From contig OZ253442.1 in the NCBI GenBank assembly GCA_965261085.1, positions 1,824,001-1,888,000 on the forward strand: 64,000 nt of DNA, given 5' to 3'. Source of the stretch: a bacterium. GTDB taxonomy: Bacteria; UBA8248. Shown one piece after another: positions 29,698 through 39,893 of this stretch (the stretch's first letter is position 1; the number at the start of each line of letters is the position of its first letter). Under the pieces are notes generated by a model. That model was not told the DNA's origin, did no database searches, and saw only the letters and a list, made by a program, of their open reading frames with translations. The position numbers were made by a program, and so were the translations under genes.

Positions 29698-32291
29698 TGA
29701 GCGTCTTAGGCGCGCTCTTGCGTCTTCTCGCTTGGCGCCGCCTGAAGGAAGAGCCGTTTCGCCTGCTGCTCACGCTGGTGGGGGTGGCCTTGGGCGTCGC
29801 CGTGTTCATTGCCATCAAGCTCGCTAACGGTGCGTCCACCCAGGCGTTTGAGAACAGCCTCACGGCCATTTCCGGCAAGACGCAACTGGAAGTTTCCGCA
29901 GGCGGTCTGGGCGTGAATGAAGAGTTGATTCTGCGGCTCCGGGCGATGAGGGAGGTGAAAAGAGCAGCGCCCGTCATCCAGCAACACGCCTGGGTGAAGA
30001 GGGCGGACGGCTCAGGCGCCAGGTGGCGGCGCGGCGCGCCTTCTCAAGGACGCGCCGTTCTGGCTTTGGGGCTCGACTTGCTGGGGGATAATGATTTCAG
30101 GGGCTATGCGTTCGAGAATAAATACTCGCGCGAAGAAATACTCTCGCGCATCGCCGACCCGCAGGGCTTGTTCATCGCCCGGGGCGTAGCCGATGCGCTG
30201 GGCGTCGGTGTAGGCGACTTCGTCGAACTCGAGGCCGCGCGGAGAATGCGCTTGCGCGTCCGGGGCGTCCTGAAGCCCGAGGGCATGGCGAAATCGATGG
30301 ACGGCCGCCTCCTCATCATGGATATCGGCGTCGCGCAAAAAGTTTTTGAGCGTTTCGGTCGTCTGGACAGGATCGATCTGATTTTTGGGGATAAGGGCGA
30401 AATCGAATCGATCCGCAAAAAGATTCAAAATTTCCTGCCGTCCGGCGTGGTGGTCGCGCGGCCTGCGCGGCGCGGAAGCGACGTGGAGAAAATGCTGGCG
30501 TCGTTTCAGTTGAACCTCACGGTGCTGAGCGTCATCGCGCTGCTGGTGGGCTGTTTTCTGATCTACAACACGATGTCGGCTTCGGTCTTGCGGCGTAAGG
30601 GTGAAATCGCCACCCTGCGCTCTCTGGGCATGACGTCAAGGGGAATCATCTTTCTCTACGGGGCGGAGGCGTTTTGCATCGGTCTAGCGGGTTCCTGTCT
30701 GGGCGTTGCGATGGGGGTGTTCATGGCCCAGGGCGCGCTTTGGTTCATCACCCAGACGATCCGCAACCTGTACGCATTTCTGGAAGTGCGTCATGTCCCC
30801 CTGGGTCCCGAGGCGCTCCTTTGGGGATTCGGCGTAGGGCTCGGGGTTTCTCTCGTTTCGGGTCTTTTCCCGGCGGTGGCGGCGTCGCGTCAGACTCCGC
30901 GCCAGGGCGTCGTGGACAGGCAGGGAAAAGTGGAGGTGCGGCCTGCGGTCACCGCTGCCCTGGTTGCAAGCGCTCTGCTCGTCGCCATCATCGCCTACTG
31001 GCTGAATTTGCAGGCGCTGGCGCGAGGAACCCCTCTGCCCGGCTATCTATCGGCGGCGGCGGTCATTCTGGCCACCGCGCTCGCGAGCCTGCCGGTCGTC
31101 TTGTTCGGTTCTTTCCTTGTCAGGCGCATGCTGGGCGGAAGCGCCAACGCCTGGCTTGCCGCGCACGGTTTGGGTAGGCATCCGCATCGCAACGGTGTCA
31201 CGCTGTCTTCATTGGCGATCGCCGTGGCCATGCTGGTGAGCCTCATTATCATGATCGAGAGTTTCAGGTCCACGGTGGAAATCTGGACGCATCAGACGCT
31301 CAAGGCGGATTTCTACGCAGCACCCGCATCGCGCTTCATCAAGGGCTCACGGGCGAGCATCTCGGAAGATGCGCTCGGAGTCATCAGGGGTGTTTCGGGC
31401 GTCGCGGCGGTCGATGGCTTCAGGGCGATACGCCTGCCCTGGCGCGGGAGGCGCATCACGCTTGCGGGTGGGGATTTTCGAATCGTGGCCGAAAGGGGCC
31501 GGCTGCTGTTCGTGGACGGCGACTCGAAAGAAACGCTCACCAGAGCGAGGACGCGCGGCGAGGCGATTATCACGGAGACTTTCGCAAACCTCTACGGCGT
31601 GAAAAAAGGAGACCTCCTCCGTCTCCCGGCCCCAAAGAGTGAGATTTCGGTTCGCGTGGCGGGCGTTTATTACGATTACACTACGGATGGTGGATTCGTC
31701 GTGGTGGATCGCGGGTTTCTGAAAAAACACTGGGGCGATGATCGCCTGAGTTCCCTGGCGATATATCTCGAAAAAAATGCGCGGCCAGAAGATGTGCGCA
31801 AATCGCTCGAAAACGTCCTGGATTCCACCATGGTGCTGATTTCAAACGCCGGTCTCAAAAAACGCGTGCTCAGCATCTTCGACCAGACGTTCGCCATCAC
31901 GTATGCGCTGGAGTTCATCGCCGTCGTGGTGGCCTTGCTCGGCGTGGCCACGGGCTTGAGTTCCAACATCCTGGAGCGCGTGCATGAAATCGGTACACTG
32001 CGAGCCATGGGATTAAACCAAAAGGGAATCGTATCCACCATCATGGGGGAGGCGGCCATTCTGGGCGTTCTCTCCGTGCTCGTCGGTCTCGCGGCAGGCG
32101 TGTGCCTGGCGGCCATTTTGATTTTCGTCGTCAACAAGCTGAGTTTCGGCTGGACAATTCAGTATATCTTCGCATGGAAGGAAATGGCGGCTTATCTTCT
32201 TCTGGTGGTTCTCGCCTCGCTGGCGGCGAGTTGGCTCCCCGCGAGAGCCGCCGCGAGGATACCCATTCGTGAGGCGTTGAGCGAGGAATGA
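29694..32291 (+). CDS. FtsX-like ABC permease with duplicated halves
   Basis: two FtsX-type modules (GVALGVA; R..EIATLR.LG; R..EIGTLRAMG) with periplasmic domains. Confidence 0.88.
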   Translation: MMSVLGALLRLLAWRRLKEEPFRLLLTLVGVALGVAVFIAIKLANGASTQAFENSLTAISGKTQLEVSAGGLGVNEELILRLRAMREVKRAAPVIQQHAWVKRADGSGARWRRGAPSQGRAVLALGLDLLGDNDFRGYAFENKYSREEILSRIADPQGLFIARGVADALGVGVGDFVELEAARRMRLRVRGVLKPEGMAKSMDGRLLIMDIGVAQKVFERFGRLDRIDLIFGDKGEIESIRKKIQNFLPSGVVVARPARRGSDVEKMLASFQLNLTVLSVIALLVGCFLIYNTMSASVLRRKGEIATLRSLGMTSRGIIFLYGAEAFCIGLAGSCLGVAMGVFMAQGALWFITQTIRNLYAFLEVRHVPLGPEALLWGFGVGLGVSLVSGLFPAVAASRQTPRQGVVDRQGKVEVRPAVTAALVASALLVAIIAYWLNLQALARGTPLPGYLSAAAVILATALASLPVVLFGSFLVRRMLGGSANAWLAAHGLGRHPHRNGVTLSSLAIAVAMLVSLIIMIESFRSTVEIWTHQTLKADFYAAPASRFIKGSRASISEDALGVIRGVSGVAAVDGFRAIRLPWRGRRITLAGGDFRIVAERGRLLFVDGDSKETLTRARTRGEAIITETFANLYGVKKGDLLRLPAPKSEISVRVAGVYYDYTTDGGFVVVDRGFLKKHWGDDRLSSLAIYLEKNARPEDVRKSLENVLDSTMVLISNAGLKKRVLSIFDQTFAITYALEFIAVVVALLGVATGLSSNILERVHEIGTLRAMGLNQKGIVSTIMGEAAILGVLSVLVGLAAGVCLAAILIFVVNKLSFGWTIQYIFAWKEMAAYLLLVVLASLAASWLPARAAARIPIREALSEE

Positions 32292-33400
32292 AAAAATTAT
32301 TCGCACCTCTTTTGGCCGCCGTTTTCATCCTGGGCGCTGCGCCCGCGCATCCCGAGAGTTGGCGGCAGGCGCTCCCCGGCTATCGCTACCAGTTTCCCGG
32401 AGACCACGGCGCGCACGAGGCGTTCCGCACGGAGTGGTGGTATTTCTCGGGAAACTTGCAGGATGCGGGAGGAGAGAAATACTCGTTTATGCTCACGTTT
32501 TTCAGGGTGGGGCTTCGACCGGGTGCGCCTCCAAAATCGAAAAGCCGCTGGGCGCTCAGGAATCTCTATTTCGGGCATTTCACGGTTCTGGACGCGAAGC
32601 GGGAGAAGCACTTGTTTTCAGAGCGAATCAGCCGGGGCGCTCTCGATCAGGCGGGCGCGTCGGAGGGGGGCCTTAAGGTCTGGCTTCGCGACTGGCGCGC
32701 TGAAAGCATGGGGGAGAAGGGCCCATCCTCGTTCAGGATAAGCGCGGCGACGCCCCAGATGAAGCTGCGCCTGGAACTGACATCCCGGAAACCTCTCGTG
32801 ATTCACGGCGAGGGTGGCGTGAGCCAGAAGGCCCTGGGTACTGGCCGCGCTTCTCACTATTATTCATACACGCGGTTTCTCGCGAAGGGTGTCCTCGAAA
32901 TCGGAGGGCGAAGTCTCGACGTGCGCGGATCGGCTTGGATGGACCATGAGTTCGGCTCGAACCAGCTATCGAAAGATCAGGTGGGCTGGGATTGGCTGAG
33001 TCTCCAGTTGTCCGATGGCCGCGATTTGATGTTATATCTTCTGAGGCGAAAAGACGGGAGCGTGGAGCCCACGAGCAGCGGCACGCTGGTGGAGGCGGAT
33101 GGCCGCGCAACGCATCTGCGCCTCGGGGATTTCAGCTTCAAGGGCACGGGTAGCTGGAAGAGTGAGCGAAGCGGCGGCGTCTATCCCATGGGATGGGAGG
33201 TCGAGGTTCCGGCGCACGGACTTCGTTTGCGGGTGACGCCGTATGCGCGCGCGCAGGAAATCGAATCGAAGGGCAGCACGGGAATCACCTATTGGGAAGG
33301 GGGCGTTTTCGCCAAGGGCGTTTCGGTCGAAAATAGTCTCACGGGGGTGGGCTTTATCGAGATGACGGGGTACGCTCCCAAGGGACGACCCAAATTCTGA
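32288..33400 (+). CDS. secreted AttH/CrtC-like lipocalin-fold protein
   Basis: signal peptide, FP.DHG.H..FRTEWWY.SG, SHYYS, WMDHEF, GWDW, YWEG, GFIEMTGY. Confidence 0.85.
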   Translation: MKKLFAPLLAAVFILGAAPAHPESWRQALPGYRYQFPGDHGAHEAFRTEWWYFSGNLQDAGGEKYSFMLTFFRVGLRPGAPPKSKSRWALRNLYFGHFTVLDAKREKHLFSERISRGALDQAGASEGGLKVWLRDWRAESMGEKGPSSFRISAATPQMKLRLELTSRKPLVIHGEGGVSQKALGTGRASHYYSYTRFLAKGVLEIGGRSLDVRGSAWMDHEFGSNQLSKDQVGWDWLSLQLSDGRDLMLYLLRRKDGSVEPTSSGTLVEADGRATHLRLGDFSFKGTGSWKSERSGGVYPMGWEVEVPAHGLRLRVTPYARAQEIESKGSTGITYWEGGVFAKGVSVENSLTGVGFIEMTGYAPKGRPKF

Positions 33401-33455
33401 TTTTGTGAAACGACTCCCCTTTTCGGGGGAGGTTTCGCCTGTTTGGAGATGCGAG

Positions 33456-34352
33456 ATGGCGGAGAGTGTGAACATCGGAATCGTAGGGCTGGGCCTGATG
33501 GGAACGGCCATGAGCCAGAAGCTGATGCAAGAGGGGCACCGGGTGCGGGGGTTCGACATCGACCAGAGCAGGCTCGATGCGCTCGCCGAGAACGGGGGCG
33601 CCCCGGCGGGCTCGGCGGCGGAGGCGGCGGAGGATGCGCAGTTCGTCATCATCTCCCTGCTCTACAGCCACGTCGTCCGCGAAACCTGCCTGGGTGACGG
33701 GGGAATCGCGAGCGTGGCGCGAGACGGACTCATCATCATCGACACGTCCACGGCGAGTCCCGATGATTCTGAAAAACTTGGGAAAGACCTTCGCAAAAAG
33801 AACATCGGCTTTCTCGATGCGAGCCTGAGCGGTTCGCGCAACAACGTGCTCGACGGTCAGATCGTCTCCGTCGTCGGGGGCGAGGAGAGCGATTTCGAGG
33901 CGGCGAAGCCGATTCTGGCTGAATTCGCCCGCTCCATCCACCACATGGGGCCGAACGGGGCGGGCGCGCGGACGAAGCTCGTCATCAACCTCGTGCTGGG
34001 TTTGACGCGTCTGGCGCTCTCGGAGGGCCTCGTTCTGGGCATGAAATCGGGCCTGGAGATGGAAGGCCTGCTCGAAGTGCTCAAAGACAGCGCGGCCTAC
34101 AGCAAGGCCATGGACCAGCGCGGCCCGCGCATGATTCACGCGGATTACGACAATCCCCTCTCGCGCATCAAGCAACACCACAAGGACGTGCGGCTCATGC
34201 TGGAGCAGGGCCAGAAACTCGGCTCCCCCATGCTGCTCAGTTCGGTTCACCAGCAGGTGCTCCAGGCCGCCGAACTGGGCGGGCTCGCCGACGCGGACAC
34301 GTCGGCCATCATCGAGGTATTCAGGCGCATGGCGGGCATTCCCTCCCGCTAG
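33456..34352 (+). CDS. beta-hydroxyacid dehydrogenase (3-hydroxyisobutyrate DH family)
   Basis: GIVGLGLMG, IDTST, LDASLSG, K.VIN. Confidence 0.88.
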   Translation: MAESVNIGIVGLGLMGTAMSQKLMQEGHRVRGFDIDQSRLDALAENGGAPAGSAAEAAEDAQFVIISLLYSHVVRETCLGDGGIASVARDGLIIIDTSTASPDDSEKLGKDLRKKNIGFLDASLSGSRNNVLDGQIVSVVGGEESDFEAAKPILAEFARSIHHMGPNGAGARTKLVINLVLGLTRLALSEGLVLGMKSGLEMEGLLEVLKDSAAYSKAMDQRGPRMIHADYDNPLSRIKQHHKDVRLMLEQGQKLGSPMLLSSVHQQVLQAAELGGLADADTSAIIEVFRRMAGIPSR

Positions 34353-34390
34353 GCGTATGGTGTGCATCCCCAAACGAAGGACTCGCAGAC

Positions 34391-35986
34391 ATGGTGAAAA
34401 GAATATCCCCGGTTGAACTCAAGGAATGGATGGAGAGTGATCGCGCGCACGCGGTGCTCGACGTGCGTGACCCGATGGAGTTTCACGAAAAACAGATATT
34501 CCTGACGACGAACGCCCCGCGCGGCGCGGTGGAGTTCCTGGCCGAGCGTCTCGTACCCGTGAAGTCCACGCCCGTGGTTTGCGTGGACGAGGGCGGCCCG
34601 AGGGCGGAGCGTGTCGCGTCGTTATTGGAAGAATGCGGCTACGCGGACGTCTCGGTGCTCGAGGGCGGCCTGGGCGCCTGGGAGGCTGAGGGTTTCCCCA
34701 CGGCCTCGGGCACGAACGTGCCGAGCAAGGATTTCGGTGAGCGGATTCACGTGGAAAACGCGGTGCCCGAGATTACGGCCAGAGAGCTTTATGCGCTGAT
34801 CGAGAGCGATACGCCTCCGCGTATTTTCGATACGAGAACCGAAGTGGAATTCGAGCGCTTCTGCGTCCCTACCGGGCGGAGCCTGCCGGGAGGCGAATTG
34901 ATTCTCCACGCATGGGATTTGGATCAGGATAAGGACAGCCCCCTCATCATCAACTGCGCGGGCCGCACCCGCAGCATCATCGGCACGCAGGCGCTTCACC
35001 GTCTGGGCGTCACGCACGCGCGCGCGCTCAAAAACGGCGGAATGGGCATTATACTCGAGGGTCTGAAGCTCGAGGAGGGAAAACCGAGCGAGATTCCGGC
35101 TCCCTCCGAACAAAGCCGCGCTCACGGGGAGGTGCTGGGAGCCCAAATAGCCGAAGAGGAGGAGATTCCCTTCATCTCGGTCGAGGAGCTTCGCGCGCTT
35201 CAGGCGGAAGCCGACAGCCGCACGCTCTACGTGCTCGACGTGCGCTTGGCACCCGAGTTTTCGGGAGACCATATTCCGGGGGCCATTTCCATCCCCGGCG
35301 GGCAGGCGGCGCAGCGCACCGATGAGGTGATCGCGGTGCGCTCGGGCAAAATCGTGACCTATTGCGATAAGAACGCGCGCGGCGTCATGGCCGCCTATTG
35401 GCTTCGCCAGATGGGGCTCGACGTCAGCGTGCTGAGGGGAGGCCTTAACGCTTGGATCGAAGCGGGAGGAGCGCTCGATAAGCCGAGCGCGGCGTCTTCG
35501 GGAGAAAGCCCGGCCGGGGCGGGAGAGGTTCTCCTCTTGAAAGAAGCGCGCGCTCAAACGCGCGCCTATTCGTCGGGGGAAGCGAGCGCCCGGAAAATCG
35601 GCGCGATTCTGGACGTGGATTTAAGCTCTTCCTATGAGAAAGGCCATCTGCCGGGGTCTGTCTGGATATCCAGAGGCCGGCTCGAGGAGGAGGTGTTCGA
35701 GCGGGTAGCGGATAAGAAAGCGCGCGTGATGTGCGTTTGTGAGGACGGGCAAAAATCCGCCCTGAGCGCGCTTTCCCTTCAAAAAATCGGGTACCGCAGG
35801 GCGGGCTATCTCGTAGGCGGCAAGACGGCCTGGCGAGAAGCGGGCTATTCCCTTGATACGGGACGCGAGGGTATCGATGAGCAGCCCAAAGACGTGCAGC
35901 TCAAGCCCTACGACATCGGCCGGGGCGCGATGGAGGGCTATCTCACCTGGGAGGAGAATCTGGGCAGGAAATACGCGCGGAAGTAA
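34391..35986 (+). CDS. four-domain rhodanese-like sulfurtransferase
   Basis: four repeats of LDVR/D...F...HIP...L.GG..AW; NCAGRTRS active-site loop in domain 2. Confidence 0.85.
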   Translation: MVKRISPVELKEWMESDRAHAVLDVRDPMEFHEKQIFLTTNAPRGAVEFLAERLVPVKSTPVVCVDEGGPRAERVASLLEECGYADVSVLEGGLGAWEAEGFPTASGTNVPSKDFGERIHVENAVPEITARELYALIESDTPPRIFDTRTEVEFERFCVPTGRSLPGGELILHAWDLDQDKDSPLIINCAGRTRSIIGTQALHRLGVTHARALKNGGMGIILEGLKLEEGKPSEIPAPSEQSRAHGEVLGAQIAEEEEIPFISVEELRALQAEADSRTLYVLDVRLAPEFSGDHIPGAISIPGGQAAQRTDEVIAVRSGKIVTYCDKNARGVMAAYWLRQMGLDVSVLRGGLNAWIEAGGALDKPSAASSGESPAGAGEVLLLKEARAQTRAYSSGEASARKIGAILDVDLSSSYEKGHLPGSVWISRGRLEEEVFERVADKKARVMCVCEDGQKSALSALSLQKIGYRRAGYLVGGKTAWREAGYSLDTGREGIDEQPKDVQLKPYDIGRGAMEGYLTWEENLGRKYARK

Positions 35987-35998
35987 GGCGCCGGTTTT

Positions 35999-36451
35999 TT
36001 ATTCCGGCCTCGTGGGGTTCGGCGATAAACCCGGTGACGCGTTTTTCCTCGCGTTCAGCGAAGCGATGATCTCGAGTTCCAGGTTTTCGTTGTAGGCGTT
36101 TACCTGCCTCGGAATCGTGAACAAATCCACGACCCACCAGACGCCATAGACGAACAAGGCGAGCAGGCTTAAGCCTGCGGTCGCCCCGCCCGCTTCGGGA
36201 TTCGATTCCGCCATGACGAAGCTGACCGCGAAGACGAGAATCAAAACCCACGGAGCGACGACGTATATGACGCCCACCGCGATTCTGCCCAGATAGAATT
36301 TGTGAATTCCGAGCCAACTGAGAAAAAACCACAGGCCGTATGTGACGCCCACTGATTTCCTGCGGCGGTCGAGTTCGATGTTCAGGATGTGTAGTTCGCG
36401 CTCATCCAGCCCGCTTTTCAAGGTGATGAGCCTTTCGCTTTGGTTCGTCAT
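35999..36451 (-). CDS. TM2 domain membrane protein
   Basis: KS..V.Y.LWFFL...GIHKFYLG ... WWVVDLF.IP. Confidence 0.85.
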   Translation of the reverse strand: MTNQSERLITLKSGLDERELHILNIELDRRRKSVGVTYGLWFFLSWLGIHKFYLGRIAVGVIYVVAPWVLILVFAVSFVMAESNPEAGGATAGLSLLALFVYGVWWVVDLFTIPRQVNAYNENLELEIIASLNARKNASPGLSPNPTRPE

Positions 36452-36517
36452 CGGTCGTCTCGCCCTCCTGTCGTTTTTCCCTGAACCATATTGATTCTTC
36501 TGCGTGTGGGAAAAATC

Positions 36518-37405
36518 TTATTCCACTGGATTCTTAATAGCCTTTTTCGAGAACCATATCCACCCTTCTCGATGTGCGATTTCCGTGTTCTCCTTCGGAG
36601 GGTTAATGCAATTTTTGGAGAGGAACTCCTGACCAGCTTGAACGCAAAGGACTGCATCCAGCATGTTGTCGTCGGCCAAGATGGTCTTTTCATCAATCTG
36701 AGGAACAAAACGGATGCGCTTTTTTAGCTTGTTGAGGATATCTCCTCGATTGGCGGGAGCAGATTCACCCGTCTTGTAACTTGTGTTCACGTCCAAACTA
36801 AGCACGGGCAGAACTGTTGCGGGATACACCTCGATGGCTTTTACGCCACTGATTTGTCCCTGCCTCCAAGCGAGTGGAATTTTACGACGGGAAGTGCGGA
36901 GTTCTTCCAACAGACTTAACGCCCAATGCGTGGTTCGGGCGATCTTGTCAGCACCAACCTCAAGTATTGTATTTTTCCGGGCTTTTTCTTTAACAAATTG
37001 GTCCGTCAAGCGACGGAATATATAATTCCGCTCAATATCGCCTTTTCCCGGGTGCTTTTTCTGACGCTTGACGAAATTTTTGACAAACTGTTCTTTCCGG
37101 TGGCGGAACGTGCAATCCTGTTCGATGAATAGCGGTGCACCCGCTGAGTGGTCGGCGAGGCCACCCCTCATACCGTCCGGCCACCCGAGTGGTGCGTCCA
37201 AAGCCAGCAGCACCGGGTTGAGATCATCTTTAATCTGATTGGCCAAGAACTTAGGAATAGACGAATTGGCTTTGTTTGCGGACAGCACGGACACACATTG
37301 GAGAACACAACCAGACGAACTGGATTCAGCGAGAGCGAGTCCTACTTCTTTTTTATCGGATTTAGCCGAGCAATCGATTCCGATGATGGTGGTCTTGTAG
37401 GCCAT
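36518..37405 (-). CDS. DUF429-like (RNase H-like fold) protein
   Basis: IIGID, ALDAPLGWP, RRLTD, IEVYPA, D.LDAVLC, EGWIW; visibly AT-richer than flanks. Confidence 0.75.
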   Translation of the reverse strand: MAYKTTIIGIDCSAKSDKKEVGLALAESSSSGCVLQCVSVLSANKANSSIPKFLANQIKDDLNPVLLALDAPLGWPDGMRGGLADHSAGAPLFIEQDCTFRHRKEQFVKNFVKRQKKHPGKGDIERNYIFRRLTDQFVKEKARKNTILEVGADKIARTTHWALSLLEELRTSRRKIPLAWRQGQISGVKAIEVYPATVLPVLSLDVNTSYKTGESAPANRGDILNKLKKRIRFVPQIDEKTILADDNMLDAVLCVQAGQEFLSKNCINPPKENTEIAHREGWIWFSKKAIKNPVE

Positions 37406-37469
37406 GAACTCAGTATTTAATTCCCATTTTCATTTTGACATTTCAAGGGGTATTGCGCGCGGCATCAGG

Positions 37470-37769
37470 TCAGGAGTTGATGATGCCGGGCTCGTTCCTG
37501 CTGATGTCCCATCCCTTGGATTCCATGAATCCTCTGAATTTTTCCCAGTCGAATTTGCCGGATTCCTGGAATTGCAGGATGGTTTCTCGCGACAGGTGAA
37601 TCTTCATCCACCGGTAGAGCGCCTCTCCGAGCGTATCGTGATGCTTGGCGGCGAATTCCGCCAGGGGGATTCCCTCCGGTTCGAGCACGACCCAGTAGCT
37701 GCTCCGGTATCTCACCAGCTTCAGGTCATCTTCCAGAGGCGTTGTTTCCGTCATTTTCTTTTTCGCCAT
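37470..37769 (-). CDS. hypothetical protein (99 aa)
   Basis: MAKKKMTE... start, host-like codons; no family recognised. Confidence 0.5.
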   Translation of the reverse strand: MAKKKMTETTPLEDDLKLVRYRSSYWVVLEPEGIPLAEFAAKHHDTLGEALYRWMKIHLSRETILQFQESGKFDWEKFRGFMESKGWDISRNEPGIINS

Positions 37770-37918
37770 GAATGGGACAAGATTCGGGTCTTTGCTACAG
37801 GCGATTCGCCGTATGCCCGACGAAAAGGTTTCCAATTGGCGCCTTTCACCTTGAAAATATAACAAGGCCCCCGGCGTAATGGAATAAAATAATTTCGCTC
37901 CGGAGCTCTTAAGAGTCT

Positions 37919-38569
37919 TCACTCCCATTTTCTTCGCATCATCTTGACGAGTTCAGTACCCGATTCGCCCGCGTCGAATCTTCGGGTGAATTCTTCTTCG
38001 ATTTCCATGACGATTCGGGTTCGCTCGCGGATCGCTTCCATTTTTTCCTGCGGAACCACGGCCACGCCGTCCGCATCGGCGACGACGATGTCTCCGGGCG
38101 CCACCCGCACCCCGCAGCAGGTGACGGGAACGTCGCGCTCGGCGGCGACGAGGCGTCTGGAATAGGGCAGGGGCCTCGCGCCGCAGGACCATACGGGCAG
38201 CCCCAGTTCCCTGATTTCCAGGACGTCGCGCGTCTTTCCGTCCGTGACGACGCCGGCCGCCCCTCGCCTGTGGATGACGCGCGCCCCGTTGGCCCCCAGA
38301 ACGGCCATGTCGCTCCCCTCAGTCGCGAGCACGACGAACTTGCCCGGCTCCATCTCTTCGTGCGTTCCGTAGAGGCTGACGCGGGAGGGGTTCACCTCGC
38401 CGTGGACGGGCTCGAACCGCATGGTCACCGCAGGGGCTGCGACGCGCTCCTCCGTGAAGGGCGTGAGCGGGGCGACGTCCTTCATGATGAGGTCCAGGCC
38501 TAAAAATATCGAAGCGTCCGCAATGGCCGTCGTCGGCGCGCGTGAGAAGAATTCGAGAGCGTCTTCCAT
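37919..38569 (-). CDS. RraA/HMG-aldolase family protein
   Basis: T..IADA, A.T.RF, GVVTDG..RD, V.PGD.VVADADGV; GGAGAAACCC-ATG. Confidence 0.85.
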   Translation of the reverse strand: MEDALEFFSRAPTTAIADASIFLGLDLIMKDVAPLTPFTEERVAAPAVTMRFEPVHGEVNPSRVSLYGTHEEMEPGKFVVLATEGSDMAVLGANGARVIHRRGAAGVVTDGKTRDVLEIRELGLPVWSCGARPLPYSRRLVAAERDVPVTCCGVRVAPGDIVVADADGVAVVPQEKMEAIRERTRIVMEIEEEFTRRFDAGESGTELVKMMRRKWE

Positions 38570-38732
38570 GGGTTTCTCCATCAGGTGAAAAGCGTGGTCG
38601 TGAGGACCGCCTTGGGTGAAGGGCGAATGTTGAAGAAAAAGACTGTTATTTATTGTAGAGCAGATTGTCTGTAATATCATTTATTGAAGTTTCAAGGTAA
38701 GCAAAAGGCGAAAAGAAGCTCGGAGGTGAAAG

Positions 38733-38903
38733 ATGTCTCAAAAACGCGCATTTACCGTGAAGGCCGTGTGGGATGAGGAAACGCGGGTTTTTTGTTCTGA
38801 AAGCGACGTTCAAGGGCTTCATATCGAGGCGGAAACGATAGAAGAATTTGAAGAAATCATTCGGGATGTCGTCGGAGAACTCATCGTGGCGAATCATATT
38901 TGA
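38733..38903 (+). CDS. small DUF1902/HicB-like protein (56 aa, not in ORF track)
   Basis: GGAGGT RBS; MSQKRAFTVKAVWDEETRVFCSESDVQGLHIEAETIEEFEEIIRDVVGELIVANHI. Confidence 0.7.
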   Translation: MSQKRAFTVKAVWDEETRVFCSESDVQGLHIEAETIEEFEEIIRDVVGELIVANHI

Positions 38904-38993
38904 AATTCAAGCCTTGATATATTACGATTTTGAATAACAAGCGTTCCAGAGGACCCGATTATATGCTTACGTCCTTAAGGAGTGCGTGGAAAA

Positions 38994-39161
38994 ATGACTG
39001 CCGAAATGATCGAGATCGCCGTTTTTGGAATCGCCATCCTAGCCTATCTTTACCGGATTGAGAGGAAGTTTGACAGCCGTCTCTCCGCCCTGGAAGCAAG
39101 AATGTCGCGCCTCGAAGGTATTATCGAGGGTTTTCTGGCGGCGCAAAAATCGCCCACTTAA
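38994..39161 (+). CDS. small membrane-anchored coiled-coil protein (55 aa, not in ORF track)
   Basis: MTAEMIEIAVFGIAILAYLY hydrophobic helix then heptad-like RLSALEARMSRLEGIIEGF. Confidence 0.55.
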   Translation: MTAEMIEIAVFGIAILAYLYRIERKFDSRLSALEARMSRLEGIIEGFLAAQKSPT

Positions 39162-39200
39162 CCGAGCATTCCCGCGCGAAACTTCCGTAACCCCGAACGC

Positions 39201-39893
39201 CTAGTCCACGACGGCCACGGCCCGGCAGGGGGAGCCTTCGATACCCGGCATCTTGAGCGGAAGCGCGATGACCTTGAAGCGCTCCTGCGTGACGGCGGAG
39301 AGGTTCGTCATGTGCTCGATCTGGATGATCCCGTTTCCCAATAACGTCCTGTGGACGACGTAGTTCTCGGGCACGTTGTCGGGAATCTTTTTTACTTCCT
39401 CTTCCTGCAGAAAATCGAAACCGGCGGCCTTCACGCCCTTGTCCACGAGCCACCTCGCGCCGTCGCCGGTCAGGTAGGGCGAGTTTCTCAAATAAGCGTC
39501 TGCGCCCCAGAACTTGTCCGTAAAATCGGTGCGCAGCAACACGATATCGTTTTCCCGGACGAGTCCCGCATGCGCCTCTAAATCCTCAGCGGAGATGGCC
39601 TCATCCGCCCCTTTGGATGAGAAATCGAGCAGACAGGCGGGCCCCATGAAGCGGTCGAGTTCCACCTCGTCCGTGGTCTTCCCCCAGCGGTAGATGTGGC
39701 GCGGGCAATCGAGATGCGTGCCCGCGTGGGCGAATATGGAGAGCCAGCTATCGACGAACACGACGTCGGGTTCTTTTTGGGGCGGGAAGAACTTGCGCCG
39801 CACGGAGGTTTCGGCATTCATCATCTTGCCTACGGCGGCGGCGACGGGGTCCATTTCGTCATAATGGGCGAGACTCAAATCGATAATCGGCAT
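39201..39893 (-). CDS. cyclase/kynurenine formamidase family metal hydrolase
   Basis: HAGTHLDCPRH, LLRT, H..LL..G...IE...NL, EGSPCRAVA. Confidence 0.88.
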   Translation of the reverse strand: MPIIDLSLAHYDEMDPVAAAVGKMMNAETSVRRKFFPPQKEPDVVFVDSWLSIFAHAGTHLDCPRHIYRWGKTTDEVELDRFMGPACLLDFSSKGADEAISAEDLEAHAGLVRENDIVLLRTDFTDKFWGADAYLRNSPYLTGDGARWLVDKGVKAAGFDFLQEEEVKKIPDNVPENYVVHRTLLGNGIIQIEHMTNLSAVTQERFKVIALPLKMPGIEGSPCRAVAVVD

